Origin: Prasinococcaceae sp. CCMP 1430
Lineage: Eukaryota > Plantae > Prasinodermophyta
Length of the DNA stretch: 64,000 bases
Direction of reading: 5' to 3'
NCBI GenBank assembly: GCA_013416795.1
Contig: RQSC01000025.1
Span: 1 to 64,000, forward strand
A program made the translations under genes and the position numbers. Below are positions 22,972 to 33,561 of this stretch, in pieces (position 1 is the stretch's first letter; the number at the start of each line of letters is the position of its first letter). Below the pieces are notes generated by a model that did no database searches, had not been told where the DNA came from, and saw only the letters and a program-made list of their open reading frames with translations.

Positions 22972-23248
22972 ACTCCCGGCGCCCCCCCCCCGCCATTCCC
23001 GCTCGCTCCGCTGTTTTCCTCCCGCGCGGGGCGTCTGCAACGCAGGCGCGGAGCCGCCGCGAAGCGGTCGCAAGCACAGAAACATTCGCCAGCGGCGGCT
23101 GCACGCGCGGCTGGGCCACAGCGCCCGCCCGCACGCCTGCGGCGGGCAGTGCGCGCCTGCGCGGCGCGGGAGGTCGACGGCGGGGTCCTGGAGGGAGGAA
23201 GACGCGAGAAACCCTCCCGGCCGGTGTTGGTGACGTTGGCGCTGCGCG

Positions 23249-25427
23249 ATGACTCCCTCCATGCGCCATGTGTCGCAGGCGCCCGGCTCGTCGCATGCAT
23301 GCCTGCTCACGCTGCTGCGCTCGTGGGGGCTCGACCCCGACGACCAGGCGCAGCCGCGCGAGCTGCGTGAGCTGCTTCGGGGCAGTGGTGGCGAGGGGGT
23401 GGACGGGAGCGGCAGTGACGACTCCGGCGGGCGCGGCTGGCCGTGCACGCTCGCGCCTCACGCGGCCAATGCCACCGCCGCGCTTCAACACGCTCTTGAC
23501 GGGGTGCCGTGTACAGTCGACGAGTCGCACGCGGACGATGTCGTCGCTGCCATCGATGAGTGGCGATCGCGGCGTGGGGCAGATTTGTCTGGCGGCGCGC
23601 TCGATGGCCTCGACATGCTGTGCGATGCGCGATGGGACGCATTTCCCAAGCCGCGCGTGTGCATGAAGAGCGGCGCGCTCGCGCCTGGTACCGATGTCGT
23701 TGACGAGGCGGCGTGCGCCATCGTGGACTCGTTCAGCGACGTGGTGCGCTCGGGTGCGAGCGCAGGCGCGGGCGCTGACATGGGAGCGAATGCAGGAGCG
23801 GGGCACGACGGCAGCGGCGGAGGTAGCGATGGCGGCGACGGCGCACAGCGGCCTGCGCCCGCGCTCAATCTGCAGATGTTCCATCGGGCGGAGGACGACA
23901 CGGGCAATGTGCCCACGTTGCCGGCGCTGTTGCGCTGGCCGCTAGCGCGGGAGCTGCACGGCGTCGATGGTGGAGAGGATGGGGACGATACCCTTCACAG
24001 TAGCAGCGTGGAGGGAGGAGCCGCACCCAAAGGGGGGGCACCCGCGCGGCCGTGGCAGCAGCTGGGCACGCGCAGCACAGCGCTGTCGGCGTTCTGCGAC
24101 ATGGCCACACGCGTGTCGGCTGCGGGGGCTGTGACTTGGTGGCACCTTGACGATGGTGAGCCGTGCCGTGGGCACATGCGTCTCATGATACGTGTGTGTG
24201 TGTGCGTGTGTGTGTGTCTTTGTGCGCCATTGCCCGTGATGCATTTGGAAGCGTGCCTGACACTAGTGCGATCACACACGCGCGCGTGAACACACGCGCA
24301 TGCGCAGGCGGCGAGGTGACGTTCCAGGTAGGCCTGCCGCTCTCACCGAAGCGCTTCGAGCGCCCGAATGTGCTTGGCGATGCTGCCGGCGAAGGCGCTG
24401 GTACCCACGGCCCGCCCGTGCTGCTCGGCCCCGGCGGCAAGCCAGTCGTGAAACTATTCATTTTCGCGCGTCTCGAGGACTACGGACTGGTCACGCAGGA
24501 CGCCGAGACATACCGCTCGGCGCGTTTCGCCGCTGTACATCCCTTCCGCGCGCGATTGCAAGACGCACCGCGCCGTTGTCGACCGCACTGGACGATTGTG
24601 CTGCTCGAGGCTGGCGGTCGCCCATTGCTGTCGCCGCCAAACGTGCAGCACATCGTGCTCACGCTGCAGGTACGCCGCCCATGCCCGCTGGCAGGAGCGT
24701 GCGGTCACTCGGAGCACAAGAGCGGGCTCTTGGGCGCGCGCTTGGCGAGTGTGCGAGCTTGAATGCTGACGCTAGCCATGCTCCCTACCTCTAGACGTGC
24801 GCCATGGTTGAGATGCGACGCGTGCTGCCTCTCCTGCTGGACGAGGTGCTGTATTTCCTCGAGCGCGCCGCGGAGTGGGCTGAGCCACCGATCCTTTACC
24901 CGGTGATCACCGAGACCTTGCAGGATGAGGAGCGCACTGCCGAGATGATGCGTGCGCTTGTAGCCGTGCTTGAGGGCTCGTCAATGCTTGACCTGCGGCG
25001 GAGGGCATACCACGCCCTCAGCGCGCTCGAGGCAGGCGCGGCGAAAGGGCTCTTTGGGGGCGCGACCGAGCAGCTCATCGGTGAGGCGCGCGCTGCGAAG
25101 CGCGCGGCGGTCGAGCGGGAGGAGGCGGTCGCGCAGCCAGACGAGCGCGCGCGATTCCAGATGCGCGCGCTCGCTGCGCTTGCGCACGAGCGTCTGGGCG
25201 TTATGCCCCTCGCAGGTGGCGGAGCGTGCGCCTACGCGCACCTCGACGATGGTATGCCACTGTGGGGGCCAGTGCGCGAATCCATCGATGAGGCAGGGCG
25301 CGACAGGCGCGCGATGGCATCTGCGCGCAAACGTGGGCAACTCAGAGAACTCGTCAGGCAGTACCGTGCAGCAGAGGATGCCGGGGCGGCGCCGGAACTG
25401 GTCGCCGGTGCCGGGGCGGGAACGTGA
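23249..25427 (+). CDS. JmjC/cupin-like Fe(II)-2-oxoglutarate oxygenase; introns 24156-24307 and 24670-24794; start uncertain
   Basis: TWWHLDDG|GE (HxD) and GGRPLLSPPNVQHIVLTLQ|TC (distal His) form a facial triad; GTGAGC...CAG and GTACGC...TAG introns keep the frame. Confidence 0.65.
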
Positions 25428-25478
25428 ACGTAAGTTACATGCACAATCTATTCTAATGCGCTTGCCATGTTGGACGAG

Positions 25479-28400
25479 CTATCGTGAGCTGCTCCTCGGC
25501 GCGTGCGTCGCTAGTGGCGTCGCCACAAGTGGCGCGCTCTTGCTTCGCCCAAAGTCTTTGCGTCGCTTGCGCGCGGGTGTGGCATGCGGCTCGCGCAGCG
25601 TTGGCACAAGGCCGCCACCATCTACTGCCGGCACACCTGCGGCGATGTCCGCGCCGTCGTTCTTGCCAGATTTCCGTTTCCGCGTGGGCTTGTCCGCCTC
25701 CTCGCGCGTCTCGTCCGCACCATATTTCTGCTTTGCCATGTTCCTCGTAATAGGTGCATCCCTTTGCACAGGCATCGCTGGCGCCCCTCGAGGTCCGATT
25801 TCGCCGCGTGACCCCGTAGGCGCGTGCTGGCGCGCCACATCCTCTGCAAGGACCTCCTGAGCCTGTTCTTGCCCCGCCTGGGTGTTGGTGCCGTCGCCTG
25901 CCTGCATCGCCCGCACGGCGCTGACGACCGAGCGATAGACATTGCCGTCGGGGCTCCTCACCTTGACGGTCTTGCGACCTTCGCTGGCACCCTTGCCGGC
26001 CTTGATCGGCTCGTAGAAGATCTCCCATCCAGGCGGCAGCTTTTCTGCACGCGCTGCACGAGGGGGCTTCGCCTTTCCTTGCCCCACCGCGAGGCGGCGC
26101 TCGTGTTCCTGCTCTTCCTTTGCTGATTGCTTCCTGCGGGGCTGCGCGGTGGTTGCGTTCGCGTTGTCGCGCGCAACTGCGGCCGTGGCATCGGGCACGA
26201 GGCGGGCATCAATGGCGCCCTGCACCACCAGCCCGTCCTGAAGGGACTTGACAAAGTGTGATCCCTCGAAGTTCCGCGAGGCGAGATGCGATCGCCCCTT
26301 TTTGGTTGCGTCGAGACCCGTCTGGTTGGTGGCGCCCTCACCTGCCTCCATCGCCCGCACGGCGCTGACGACCGAGCGGTATACAGTGCCGTTAGGACTT
26401 CTGACCTTGATGTCCTCTCGCCCTTCGGTGGCACCCTTGCCAGATTTGATCGGCTCATAGAAGATCTCCCAACCAGGCGGCAGCTTTGCCTTGAGCGTGT
26501 GCCTGCTCATCCCACGAATGCCACCCGCCCGCCGCATGCCCGAGAGGGGCCGCTCTGCGCGGCCACCCCACATGGTGGCTAGCCGACTCGTGCCTCTCAG
26601 ATCGATGCGACGGGGGGCATTGGCAACGCGGAAGCCAGCACGCGCGCGCTGCACGAACCCAGACGCGCTGTCGCGATGATCGTCGCCCGCAGTACACAGC
26701 GCAGTGCGGATTGCCGCGAAGATGGCCTTGGTCGCCATTGGGCTCACGGCGTTGGCAGCACACTCGTACAGGGTGTTCAATGGCGCGTCGAGCTTGTCAA
26801 CGTCTTCGCGGGTGAAGCCGAGGAAGCACCACGCCTCAGCGGGGGTGAGGATGCGCGCCTCGCTCCAGTGAACCACGCGCCCAACAAATCCCTGCGTTGA
26901 AAATTGCGTGGTGAAGGAGGGCGCCGGTCTGCTCGCGTACACACGTCCGAGCACAATCTTAGCGCGCGCCTCGGCCTCGGGCCCCGGCTTTTCCGCCCGG
27001 CCGATGGGGTATCTGTCGCGAACCTCGCGCGGCAGATCAGCGTACGAGCTACCGGGCGTCAGTGGCAGCGCCGCCAGCCGGCCTGTGTCAGCCTCCGAGA
27101 GCTGCCGCGGGCAGTGCGCTGGTCCCTCCTCGCCTCCCCTCCGAGGCGTACCGGCGGTGCCCAGACACGCGGTGGCCTCCGCAGCAGTTACCAGCGGCTT
27201 CAGCCACGGGACTTCGGAGTCTTCATCGCGAGCTCCATCGCGTCCATCCTTTTCGCCCTCCTGGCCAGCACTGCGCTCGCGCTCTTCCCGCTGGGACATC
27301 GCCTTGAGAACTTCCTCTCCGAGCTCGGGGTGGGTGGCCTGCTTGAAAGGGGTACGTACCGCCGCGCCTCGCAGGAATTCGCCATGATGAGTGGGCCTTG
27401 GCGGTGCTGGCATTGGCAGCCCGCAGCGGCCTGCGACCATGAAGAGGCGCTTGCGGCGCGAGGCAGCGCCGTACGCGCCGTAGTAAATGTGCCAGCTAAC
27501 TATCTGATAGCCAGACTGCAACAGCTGGCTTGCCACCGCAGCGTAGTACTCCTCGAATGTCGTGCTGAGCTCGAGCACGTTCTCCATGATGACATACGAG
27601 GGACGCAGGAGCTCCACGGCGTCGCTTAATGCGGCAACGCCCGAACGTGCCTCAAGCGCGCTGCGGCCATCCGGGTGCTGGTTCAGCGAGCTGAAACCTG
27701 GGCACGGCGGGCCGGCCGCCAAAACGAGCTCCCCGGCGAGGCTCCACTCTGCTGCCTTGAGCGCGACGGCCCCGAGACTGTCCTCGTCGAGCGCATGCGT
27801 GATCGCCGTGCGCGGAGTCGACATGGGTGCGAGCATGTCACGTTCGCTTTCGCCGCCAAGGGCCGCGTTGCACACGCGCAGTGCCCGTGCGGTCTCAACT
27901 AGGAAAGCATTGGCATCTCCGTGCCCGACGAGGCCATTCGCTGCCGACTGTGGATACAGCTGCTTGAGCACGGCGACTTGGCGAGAGTCTTTTTCTACGA
28001 ATCCGACCTTCGCGGCGTCAGCGAGCTTGCCTCCGAGTGCGCCTGAGGCCAGCCCGCCGATGCCAGCAAAAAGATCGATAATGCCGAAGCTGCTCGAGCG
28101 CGCCGCGCCCACCTCGCGAGCCGTGCACGCGCTCGCAGCCGCGTCGCCCGGAAGGTCGCTCGGTGGCCGGCCCTCCGCACGCGGCGGCTCGAGCGCACAG
28201 CGCTCGTACACCCACGCAGGCATGTCGAGCAGCGCCGCCGTGTCGTGCTCGTACAACCTGCACACGACTGCATCGACGTTTTTGGGAAGCTTGGAATCCG
28301 ATGCCACGTGAGCGGTCATGAAGGGTTTCCAAGGACGGAGCCAGCGCGCAGGTGGCAGTAGCACTTCCTCCCCAGTGACGAAATACACTGGCGCATCGCG

Positions 28401-30518
28401 CAGCGGCCGCGACTGGCGGAATAATATGGTCGCGTCGGCACGCACCACCACCAGGCACGTCCCACCACGCGTATCCTCAACGTTGACCCCCTCAGCAGAC
28501 ACCGTCGTATCGCGCGCCACCGGCGTGCCGCGACCGTTGGTACCGATTGGCAGCAGCACGTAGTGCGTCTTGCTCTCACCAGGCGGCAGGAAAGCCGCGA
28601 TGTATGGGCCGCCGTTAACGTCTGGCGGCGCGATCCGGTCGTGATGTTCAAGCACGACGTTGTCGCCGGGAAGGGGAAGCAACCCGCCCCACGCGTACGC
28701 CCCAGCTGGCATGCGCGCGGCCGACGCGCCCACCTTACTACCACCAAGCAAGAACTGCAGCAGTGAGTCATGAAGCGCCACAGTTCCGGCCCAGCCGACG
28801 TATCCCTTCTCGCGCGCGACGTCGCACCAGCGCTGCAGGGCTGCCGCTAGAAGGTCTGCTTGTTGATGCATTTTGCGCGCGACGTACTGCAAAGACCTTG
28901 CGTCGTTGGCGCCATCTGCCTCACGCGTCGGGTGACACAACGTGCGCTTCGATGGCGGAAGCGCCCAGAGTAGTGCGTTCGCGCGCGCCAGCACGATATC
29001 CCAGCTCCACGGCCACGAAGTGTCTTCGTTTTTCAGCCCCTGAGGTGGTTGGTTCGCCCCACCACCAACTCTGTCGCTGGTCGCACTGGCAGGCCTCGCA
29101 TCGCCGTCTTGAAAGTCATCGATATTGGCGTTCATGTGCGGATCATCTTCGCTCCACGTGACGTTCGGTGGGAGCGGAACGTACTCCTCTTCCCCGTTCT
29201 CACATCTTGTCACGAGCGTGAGCGCAAGCGCACCGCTACCAGTGCGGGCGAGATCCCCAGTAGCGCAGTCACCATCCACTGCAGGCAAGTTGTGCACCAC
29301 ACCCGCTCTCCAGCGCCTGCTCGGCTCGTGCCACACAAAAATCTCGGAACCGAGCGGGGGGGGCCGTTCGATCTCCGGTGGCCCCTCGAGCTGTGTCCAT
29401 CTTTCGCCCGCGTTGTGGCACACATGTTGGCCATCCTCTGGATAGAAAACGCTGTAGTAGTGCTCTTCGCGAGGTGCGTCGGGCGGCGCATGCACGTGCT
29501 GAGTGAGCCCACAGAACCACATGCAATCCCCTTCCCAATACACAGATACCCACGAACCAACCGTCGGCAGAGGGCGCTCTGCTTGCCGTTCCGCTTGAGA
29601 GGGCTCTGAAGCGTCCTCGGCCGCCCCGCCTGTGTCTGCGCGCGCGTTGTGCGATCCACCAGCCGCATCTGGGTTCGTCAGGGGCTGAGCTGCAGTCTTA
29701 TCTCCTGATAGAGGGGTCATCCTCGGTGACTCCTGCGAGACGTCGTGCGGTGTCTCTTGCCGAGGCGACCGAGCGCTCGGCAGCTCGTCGGTGCGCGGCA
29801 CCGCGCCCTCGCATCTTAGCGCGCCGCACAGTGCCCAAGCGAGATCTGCGAGCTCACCCACTCCACGTGCGACCGCCGAGGCGCCCCGCGCGGGCGGACC
29901 CGCGTGAACAATCACCTCAGCTACGCCGCTCGCCGCGGCGTCGCCACCACTGGCGCCGCCAACGCACGGGCGGGCAGCGTCCTGTCGCGCGCGCAGCACC
30001 GTCGCAGGAAATTGCACGGCATCGGCCGTGCGTGGGCAGTGAGGGGTGGCGACGAATGTCGTCGACGTGGCCGAACCATCGGAGGAGGCCGCGCTCGCGC
30101 GATCAGGTGCGAGGCGCAGCACGACCCTGTCGCTCATTCTGCCAGCCGCGCCGAGCATTGTGCGGTCTTCAGGCGCGAGCTCACCGATTAGCGCGCGGCG
30201 GGTGGCCCGCGCGACTGCGCGCTCGTTCGACGCGCGGCGGCTCTCCGCGAGCGCCGCCCCTTCCAAGGTCGACGGCAGTCCCGACGGTGCGTGCGCCGCG
30301 TCTGCCACCGTCTCCTCATCGTCGGAGCTGAGCCCCCACTCAGCGTCCCAGTCGACAAGCGTGGCCCTCAGAGGCAGCTGCGATGCGCACCCGGCGTCCT
30401 CGAGTTGCTCTGGTTGCAACACATCCAACCCACGCTCGCAGTCCCCTGCGCCTGCGGCGGCACGCTCGACCACTAGCTCGGCCAGCACACCACTCTCTCG
30501 CATCCCGGGCGCGAGCAT
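25479..30518 (-). CDS. Large DNA (cytosine-5) methyltransferase, DNMT1-superfamily-like: Tudor-like, BAH-like, catalytic domain, two MBD-like repeats; true start may lie in the N gap
   Basis: Motif I DLFAGIGG, II VEKD, IV GPPCPGFS, VI IMENV, VIII RRKRLF, PRPTH, SYADLP, GRVVHWSEARILTPAE, X ANAVSP. Confidence 0.9.
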   Translation of the reverse strand: MLAPGMRESGVLAELVVERAAAGAGDCERGLDVLQPEQLEDAGCASQLPLRATLVDWDAEWGLSSDDEETVADAAHAPSGLPSTLEGAALAESRRASNERAVARATRRALIGELAPEDRTMLGAAGRMSDRVVLRLAPDRASAASSDGSATSTTFVATPHCPRTADAVQFPATVLRARQDAARPCVGGASGGDAAASGVAEVIVHAGPPARGASAVARGVGELADLAWALCGALRCEGAVPRTDELPSARSPRQETPHDVSQESPRMTPLSGDKTAAQPLTNPDAAGGSHNARADTGGAAEDASEPSQAERQAERPLPTVGSWVSVYWEGDCMWFCGLTQHVHAPPDAPREEHYYSVFYPEDGQHVCHNAGERWTQLEGPPEIERPPPLGSEIFVWHEPSRRWRAGVVHNLPAVDGDCATGDLARTGSGALALTLVTRCENGEEEYVPLPPNVTWSEDDPHMNANIDDFQDGDARPASATSDRVGGGANQPPQGLKNEDTSWPWSWDIVLARANALLWALPPSKRTLCHPTREADGANDARSLQYVARKMHQQADLLAAALQRWCDVAREKGYVGWAGTVALHDSLLQFLLGGSKVGASAARMPAGAYAWGGLLPLPGDNVVLEHHDRIAPPDVNGGPYIAAFLPPGESKTHYVLLPIGTNGRGTPVARDTTVSAEGVNVEDTRGGTCLVVVRADATILFRQSRPLRDAPVYFVTGEEVLLPPARWLRPWKPFMTAHVASDSKLPKNVDAVVCRLYEHDTAALLDMPAWVYERCALEPPRAEGRPPSDLPGDAAASACTAREVGAARSSSFGIIDLFAGIGGLASGALGGKLADAAKVGFVEKDSRQVAVLKQLYPQSAANGLVGHGDANAFLVETARALRVCNAALGGESERDMLAPMSTPRTAITHALDEDSLGAVALKAAEWSLAGELVLAAGPPCPGFSSLNQHPDGRSALEARSGVAALSDAVELLRPSYVIMENVLELSTTFEEYYAAVASQLLQSGYQIVSWHIYYGAYGAASRRKRLFMVAGRCGLPMPAPPRPTHHGEFLRGAAVRTPFKQATHPELGEEVLKAMSQREERERSAGQEGEKDGRDGARDEDSEVPWLKPLVTAAEATACLGTAGTPRRGGEEGPAHCPRQLSEADTGRLAALPLTPGSSYADLPREVRDRYPIGRAEKPGPEAEARAKIVLGRVYASRPAPSFTTQFSTQGFVGRVVHWSEARILTPAEAWCFLGFTREDVDKLDAPLNTLYECAANAVSPMATKAIFAAIRTALCTAGDDHRDSASGFVQRARAGFRVANAPRRIDLRGTSRLATMWGGRAERPLSGMRRAGGIRGMSRHTLKAKLPPGWEIFYEPIKSGKGATEGREDIKVRSPNGTVYRSVVSAVRAMEAGEGATNQTGLDATKKGRSHLASRNFEGSHFVKSLQDGLVVQGAIDARLVPDATAAVARDNANATTAQPRRKQSAKEEQEHERRLAVGQGKAKPPRAARAEKLPPGWEIFYEPIKAGKGASEGRKTVKVRSPDGNVYRSVVSAVRAMQAGDGTNTQAGQEQAQEVLAEDVARQHAPTGSRGEIGPRGAPAMPVQRDAPITRNMAKQKYGADETREEADKPTRKRKSGKNDGADIAAGVPAVDGGGLVPTLREPHATPARKRRKDFGRSKSAPLVATPLATHAPRSSSR
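25896..26042 (-). repeat. MBD-like repeat copy 2 inside the DNMT CDS
   Basis: KLPPGWEIFYEPIKAGKGASEGRKTVKVRSPDGNVYRSVVSAVRAMQAG; highly similar to copy 1 in DNA, offset 444 nt. Confidence 0.7.
26340..26486 (-). repeat. MBD-like repeat copy 1 inside the DNMT CDS
   Basis: KLPPGWEIFYEPIKSGKGATEGREDIKVRSPNGTVYRSVVSAVRAMEAG. Confidence 0.7.
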
Positions 30519-30650
30519 CCTGTCCCGGCGACCGGTACCCAGCCGGCGCCCGGGCGATGCGCGCGCGCCCCCCTGCTCCGTTGGCCCCCTCTCCACCCCC
30601 CCTGGGCGTCCCTCCTCAGCAGCGCGCGCGCGCCCCGCCGCGCCGCGGCC

Positions 30651-30727
30651 NNNNNNNNNNNNNNNNNNNNNNNNNNNNNNNNNNNNNNNNNNNNNNNNNN
30701 NNNNNNNNNNNNNNNNNNNNNNNNNNN
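30651..30727. other. Assembly gap (77 N)
   Basis: N run between the divergent DNMT and START-like genes. Confidence 1.
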
Positions 30728-30850
30728 CGGCGCGGGCGCGAGGCCGCGCCACACCGCGCCGCGCCGCGGCGCGTGGGGGGAAAGGCCCAGCGGCGGCTCG
30801 GGCGGCGAGCGAGAAGCGGGGAAAGGAGGGGGGAGGCGGAGCGGCGCGCC

Positions 30851-31929
30851 ATGGACGCGGACGATGGCGGTGGCTGGCAGTACATGAAAACGAAGGAGTG
30901 GCTGGGCGATGTGGGGAGCGACGCAGACCTGCAGGGGCGGTTCGTGCACGACGCCGAGTACGTGCGCCGGACGTACACGGAGATCTTCGAGATGGCGCCC
31001 GGTACGCTCGTCATTGAGGACAAGCGCTCAGCCGAAGACCCGGACGTGATCCTCCGCACATTGAAGGCGACGCCCGCGCTCAAGGTGCCCAAGGTATGCG
31101 GAGATGCACGCGCCCGCGTCGATGCCGCGGCGTGATGGCCGCGCGTGCGCGCTCGGTCGGAGGGCGACGCGCCACTGCTGCTGTCGCCGCCGCGAAGTGC
31201 CGGACCTGACCCAAGTGCGCACTCTCTTCGCGCGCCGCACAGTTCATCACCAAAGCCCTGGGCGGCATCCCGCCGTACACGGAGCACATGGTCATCAACA
31301 CTCGCACGCGCCATACGAAGGTGCGCGCCGTCCCCGGTGGCGTTCCCATTACCGTCGAAATTGAGTACTCGATCTTCGAGGCCCCGGCGCCGCTGCCGAA
31401 GGGCAAGGCCGAGCGCGCGGCGGCCAAAGCCAACCGCTGCGCCGCGTCCAGTTCCTGGATGGAATCGAACATGAGGGTGCAAGTGAGAATCCCTGTGGTG
31501 GGCAAGCTGATTGGATTGTTCATCAAGGGCACGAGCAAGAAGTACCTCAGGGCAATGCGCGGCTTCATCGAGGGCTACCACGCGCCCGGCGGCGGAGCCG
31601 AGCAAAACCAGGCGGCGTTCGAGGCAAATCGCGCAGCCGGCAAGGGCGCCTTCGAGAGCGGTGCTGTGGCTGAGGCTGGGCGCGACGCCGCGTTGGGTTC
31701 CATGAGGCGCGTTGAGTCGCACGAGCTGCTTCTCTTCCCTGAGGATGAAGAAGACGAGGGGGCTCCATGGGGTCCGAATGCTCCACATGCGGTCGAGGCC
31801 GCCCCCTTCGCGGCGCCGGCGGCGGCCGTGACGCTCATGGCACCAAAGCAGGCGCGTAGCTTCTGGACCTCATGCCTCTGCGCGCCGCAGGTTTCCGCGC
31901 CGCACGTGTCGAGGGTGCAGGTGGCGTAG
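30851..31929 (+). CDS. START/SRPBCC-like fold protein (VASt/DUF2505-like); intron 31094-31242
   Basis: ATG exon ...LKVPK|FITKALGG... joined by GTATGC...CAG; VQVRIPVVGKLIGLFI resembles the C-terminal strand-helix of helix-grip folds. Confidence 0.55.
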
Positions 31930-31978
31930 ACGCTCGCGTTCCACGAAGTTGTATCATACTGAATACTTTACTATTACC

Positions 31979-32986
31979 TCACGCGTCCTTGGTTGCAACT
32001 AGTTGGGTGCACTCCTTCTGGCGCTCCTCCTCCGTGGGCGTGCCTATCACGGGGTAGCGATGGTGCTTGCCTGTTCCGGCGCGCACGACGCGCATACCCG
32101 GCACCGCCTCGACAGCCGCTGCGAGGAGCTCCGGCGCGATGAGGTGGAAGCCCGTGGGCTGGCGCAGCGATGCAGCGCGCGCGATGCCCTCGTCCATGCC
32201 CAGGCCAATCTGCCAATCGAACACCAGCTCACGCACGTTGAATATGCCCCCGTGGATTTCGCACTCCCCCGGCCAGCGCGCGCCGGCCTTCACGTTGGCG
32301 TCGTACGTCCGTCGGAACGCCGCGCCAGGGCGCGTCCGACTGACGGCAAAGTAAATTGAGGGGGCAGCCGCCGTGACGACGAGCGTACCGCCGGGTGCGA
32401 GCAACGACGCGAGCGCGCGGCAGCTCGCTTCGATTTGCGGCCCGCTCAGAAAGTGGAAGACCTCCGAGACCAAAATCGACGAGAACGTGCCGTGCTTGGC
32501 GACCAGGTCGGCCTCGGCGAGATTATCAGGCAGCCGGCCGAATGCGGTGGACACCACATCGGTCAGCTCAGCCTCCGCGGCGCCGGCCATCACCTCATCT
32601 AGATGGCGCGTGTCACAGTCAAGAGCAACCACGTGCGCGCCGGTTCCGCGCAGCGCACGCGCGGCCAGAAACACGTTGGCACCAAAGGCGCATCCGACAT
32701 CGAGCATCGGCCGCCGATGGCCCAGCCTCGCCGAGCCGTCGATCCACTCACGCAGGAGCGGCGAGCTACCAAACTGGAACCCGCCTGTGTTGAGCGTAGC
32801 GCGGACCTCGTCGTTGCCTACGTTGAGGTCCATCGCCGCGTCGAAGCTCGCGTCGCCCACGGCGACACGCGCGGAAGGGTGTTGCGCAGCCGACGCGAGG
32901 CCGCGCGCGCCGCGCCGGGACACGCTCGCAGCAGCCGCTGCCCCGGCCGCGGCCACACGGCGCACCAACCCCGTCGCCCCCGGCAT
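31979..32986 (-). CDS. Class I SAM-dependent methyltransferase with organellar targeting-like N-terminus
   Basis: MLDVGCAFG, VVALDCD, EVFHFL, LAPGGTLVV; R/A/S-rich presequence. Confidence 0.85.
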   Translation of the reverse strand: MPGATGLVRRVAAAGAAAAASVSRRGARGLASAAQHPSARVAVGDASFDAAMDLNVGNDEVRATLNTGGFQFGSSPLLREWIDGSARLGHRRPMLDVGCAFGANVFLAARALRGTGAHVVALDCDTRHLDEVMAGAAEAELTDVVSTAFGRLPDNLAEADLVAKHGTFSSILVSEVFHFLSGPQIEASCRALASLLAPGGTLVVTAAAPSIYFAVSRTRPGAAFRRTYDANVKAGARWPGECEIHGGIFNVRELVFDWQIGLGMDEGIARAASLRQPTGFHLIAPELLAAAVEAVPGMRVVRAGTGKHHRYPVIGTPTEEERQKECTQLVATKDA

Positions 32987-33561
32987 CACTCCAGAGGGCT
33001 TCGACCTCGCCGCACGCGCGCACGCAGTGTCGCACTCCCCATCGCCCCCGCGCTCACCGCGCGCGCTCGGGAGGGGAAGGGGAGGGGCGCCCGCCGCCGC
33101 GACCGCGCGCGCCGCGCGCGGCCGCTGCCAGAATGCGCGCCGGTCCGAGGCTCGTCGGGCTGCTGCCACTCGGCAGTCCTGCCAGCCCACGTTTTTTCCG
33201 CGTAGGCCTACGCGTCTCGAGAGTGCACGCCGGGCGCAATCCACTTTTCCACCTCGCTATGCATAATTGATTCCGATGCATTTTCCGGATCTAATTTCGG
33301 TCCTCGATGATCCCGGTTTTCGGAGGCGCAATATGCGGATCAAGAGAGGCCCACCTGGCGTGTGCCGCGTGCGAGCCGCCGCGCTCCCAGGGGGAGCGGC
33401 GCGGCGCGCCGCGCAGCGGCGCGATGGCAGGAGTGGTCTGGTCGCCAAAGCATTGGTCACTTAGGCTCTCCACGCATGCGCCCGCTACCCGCAGAGGCCA
33501 TGCCGCGGCCTGAAAGCACCAAGGAAAGCAAACGAAGGAAGTCGTTGCCCGAGCAGCGTGC

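Noticed and set aside
24156-24307. (TG)n and (CA)n tracts in the JmjC intron as a mirtron or hairpin element
   Set aside because: Complementarity is short and low-complexity; simple microsatellites explain it.
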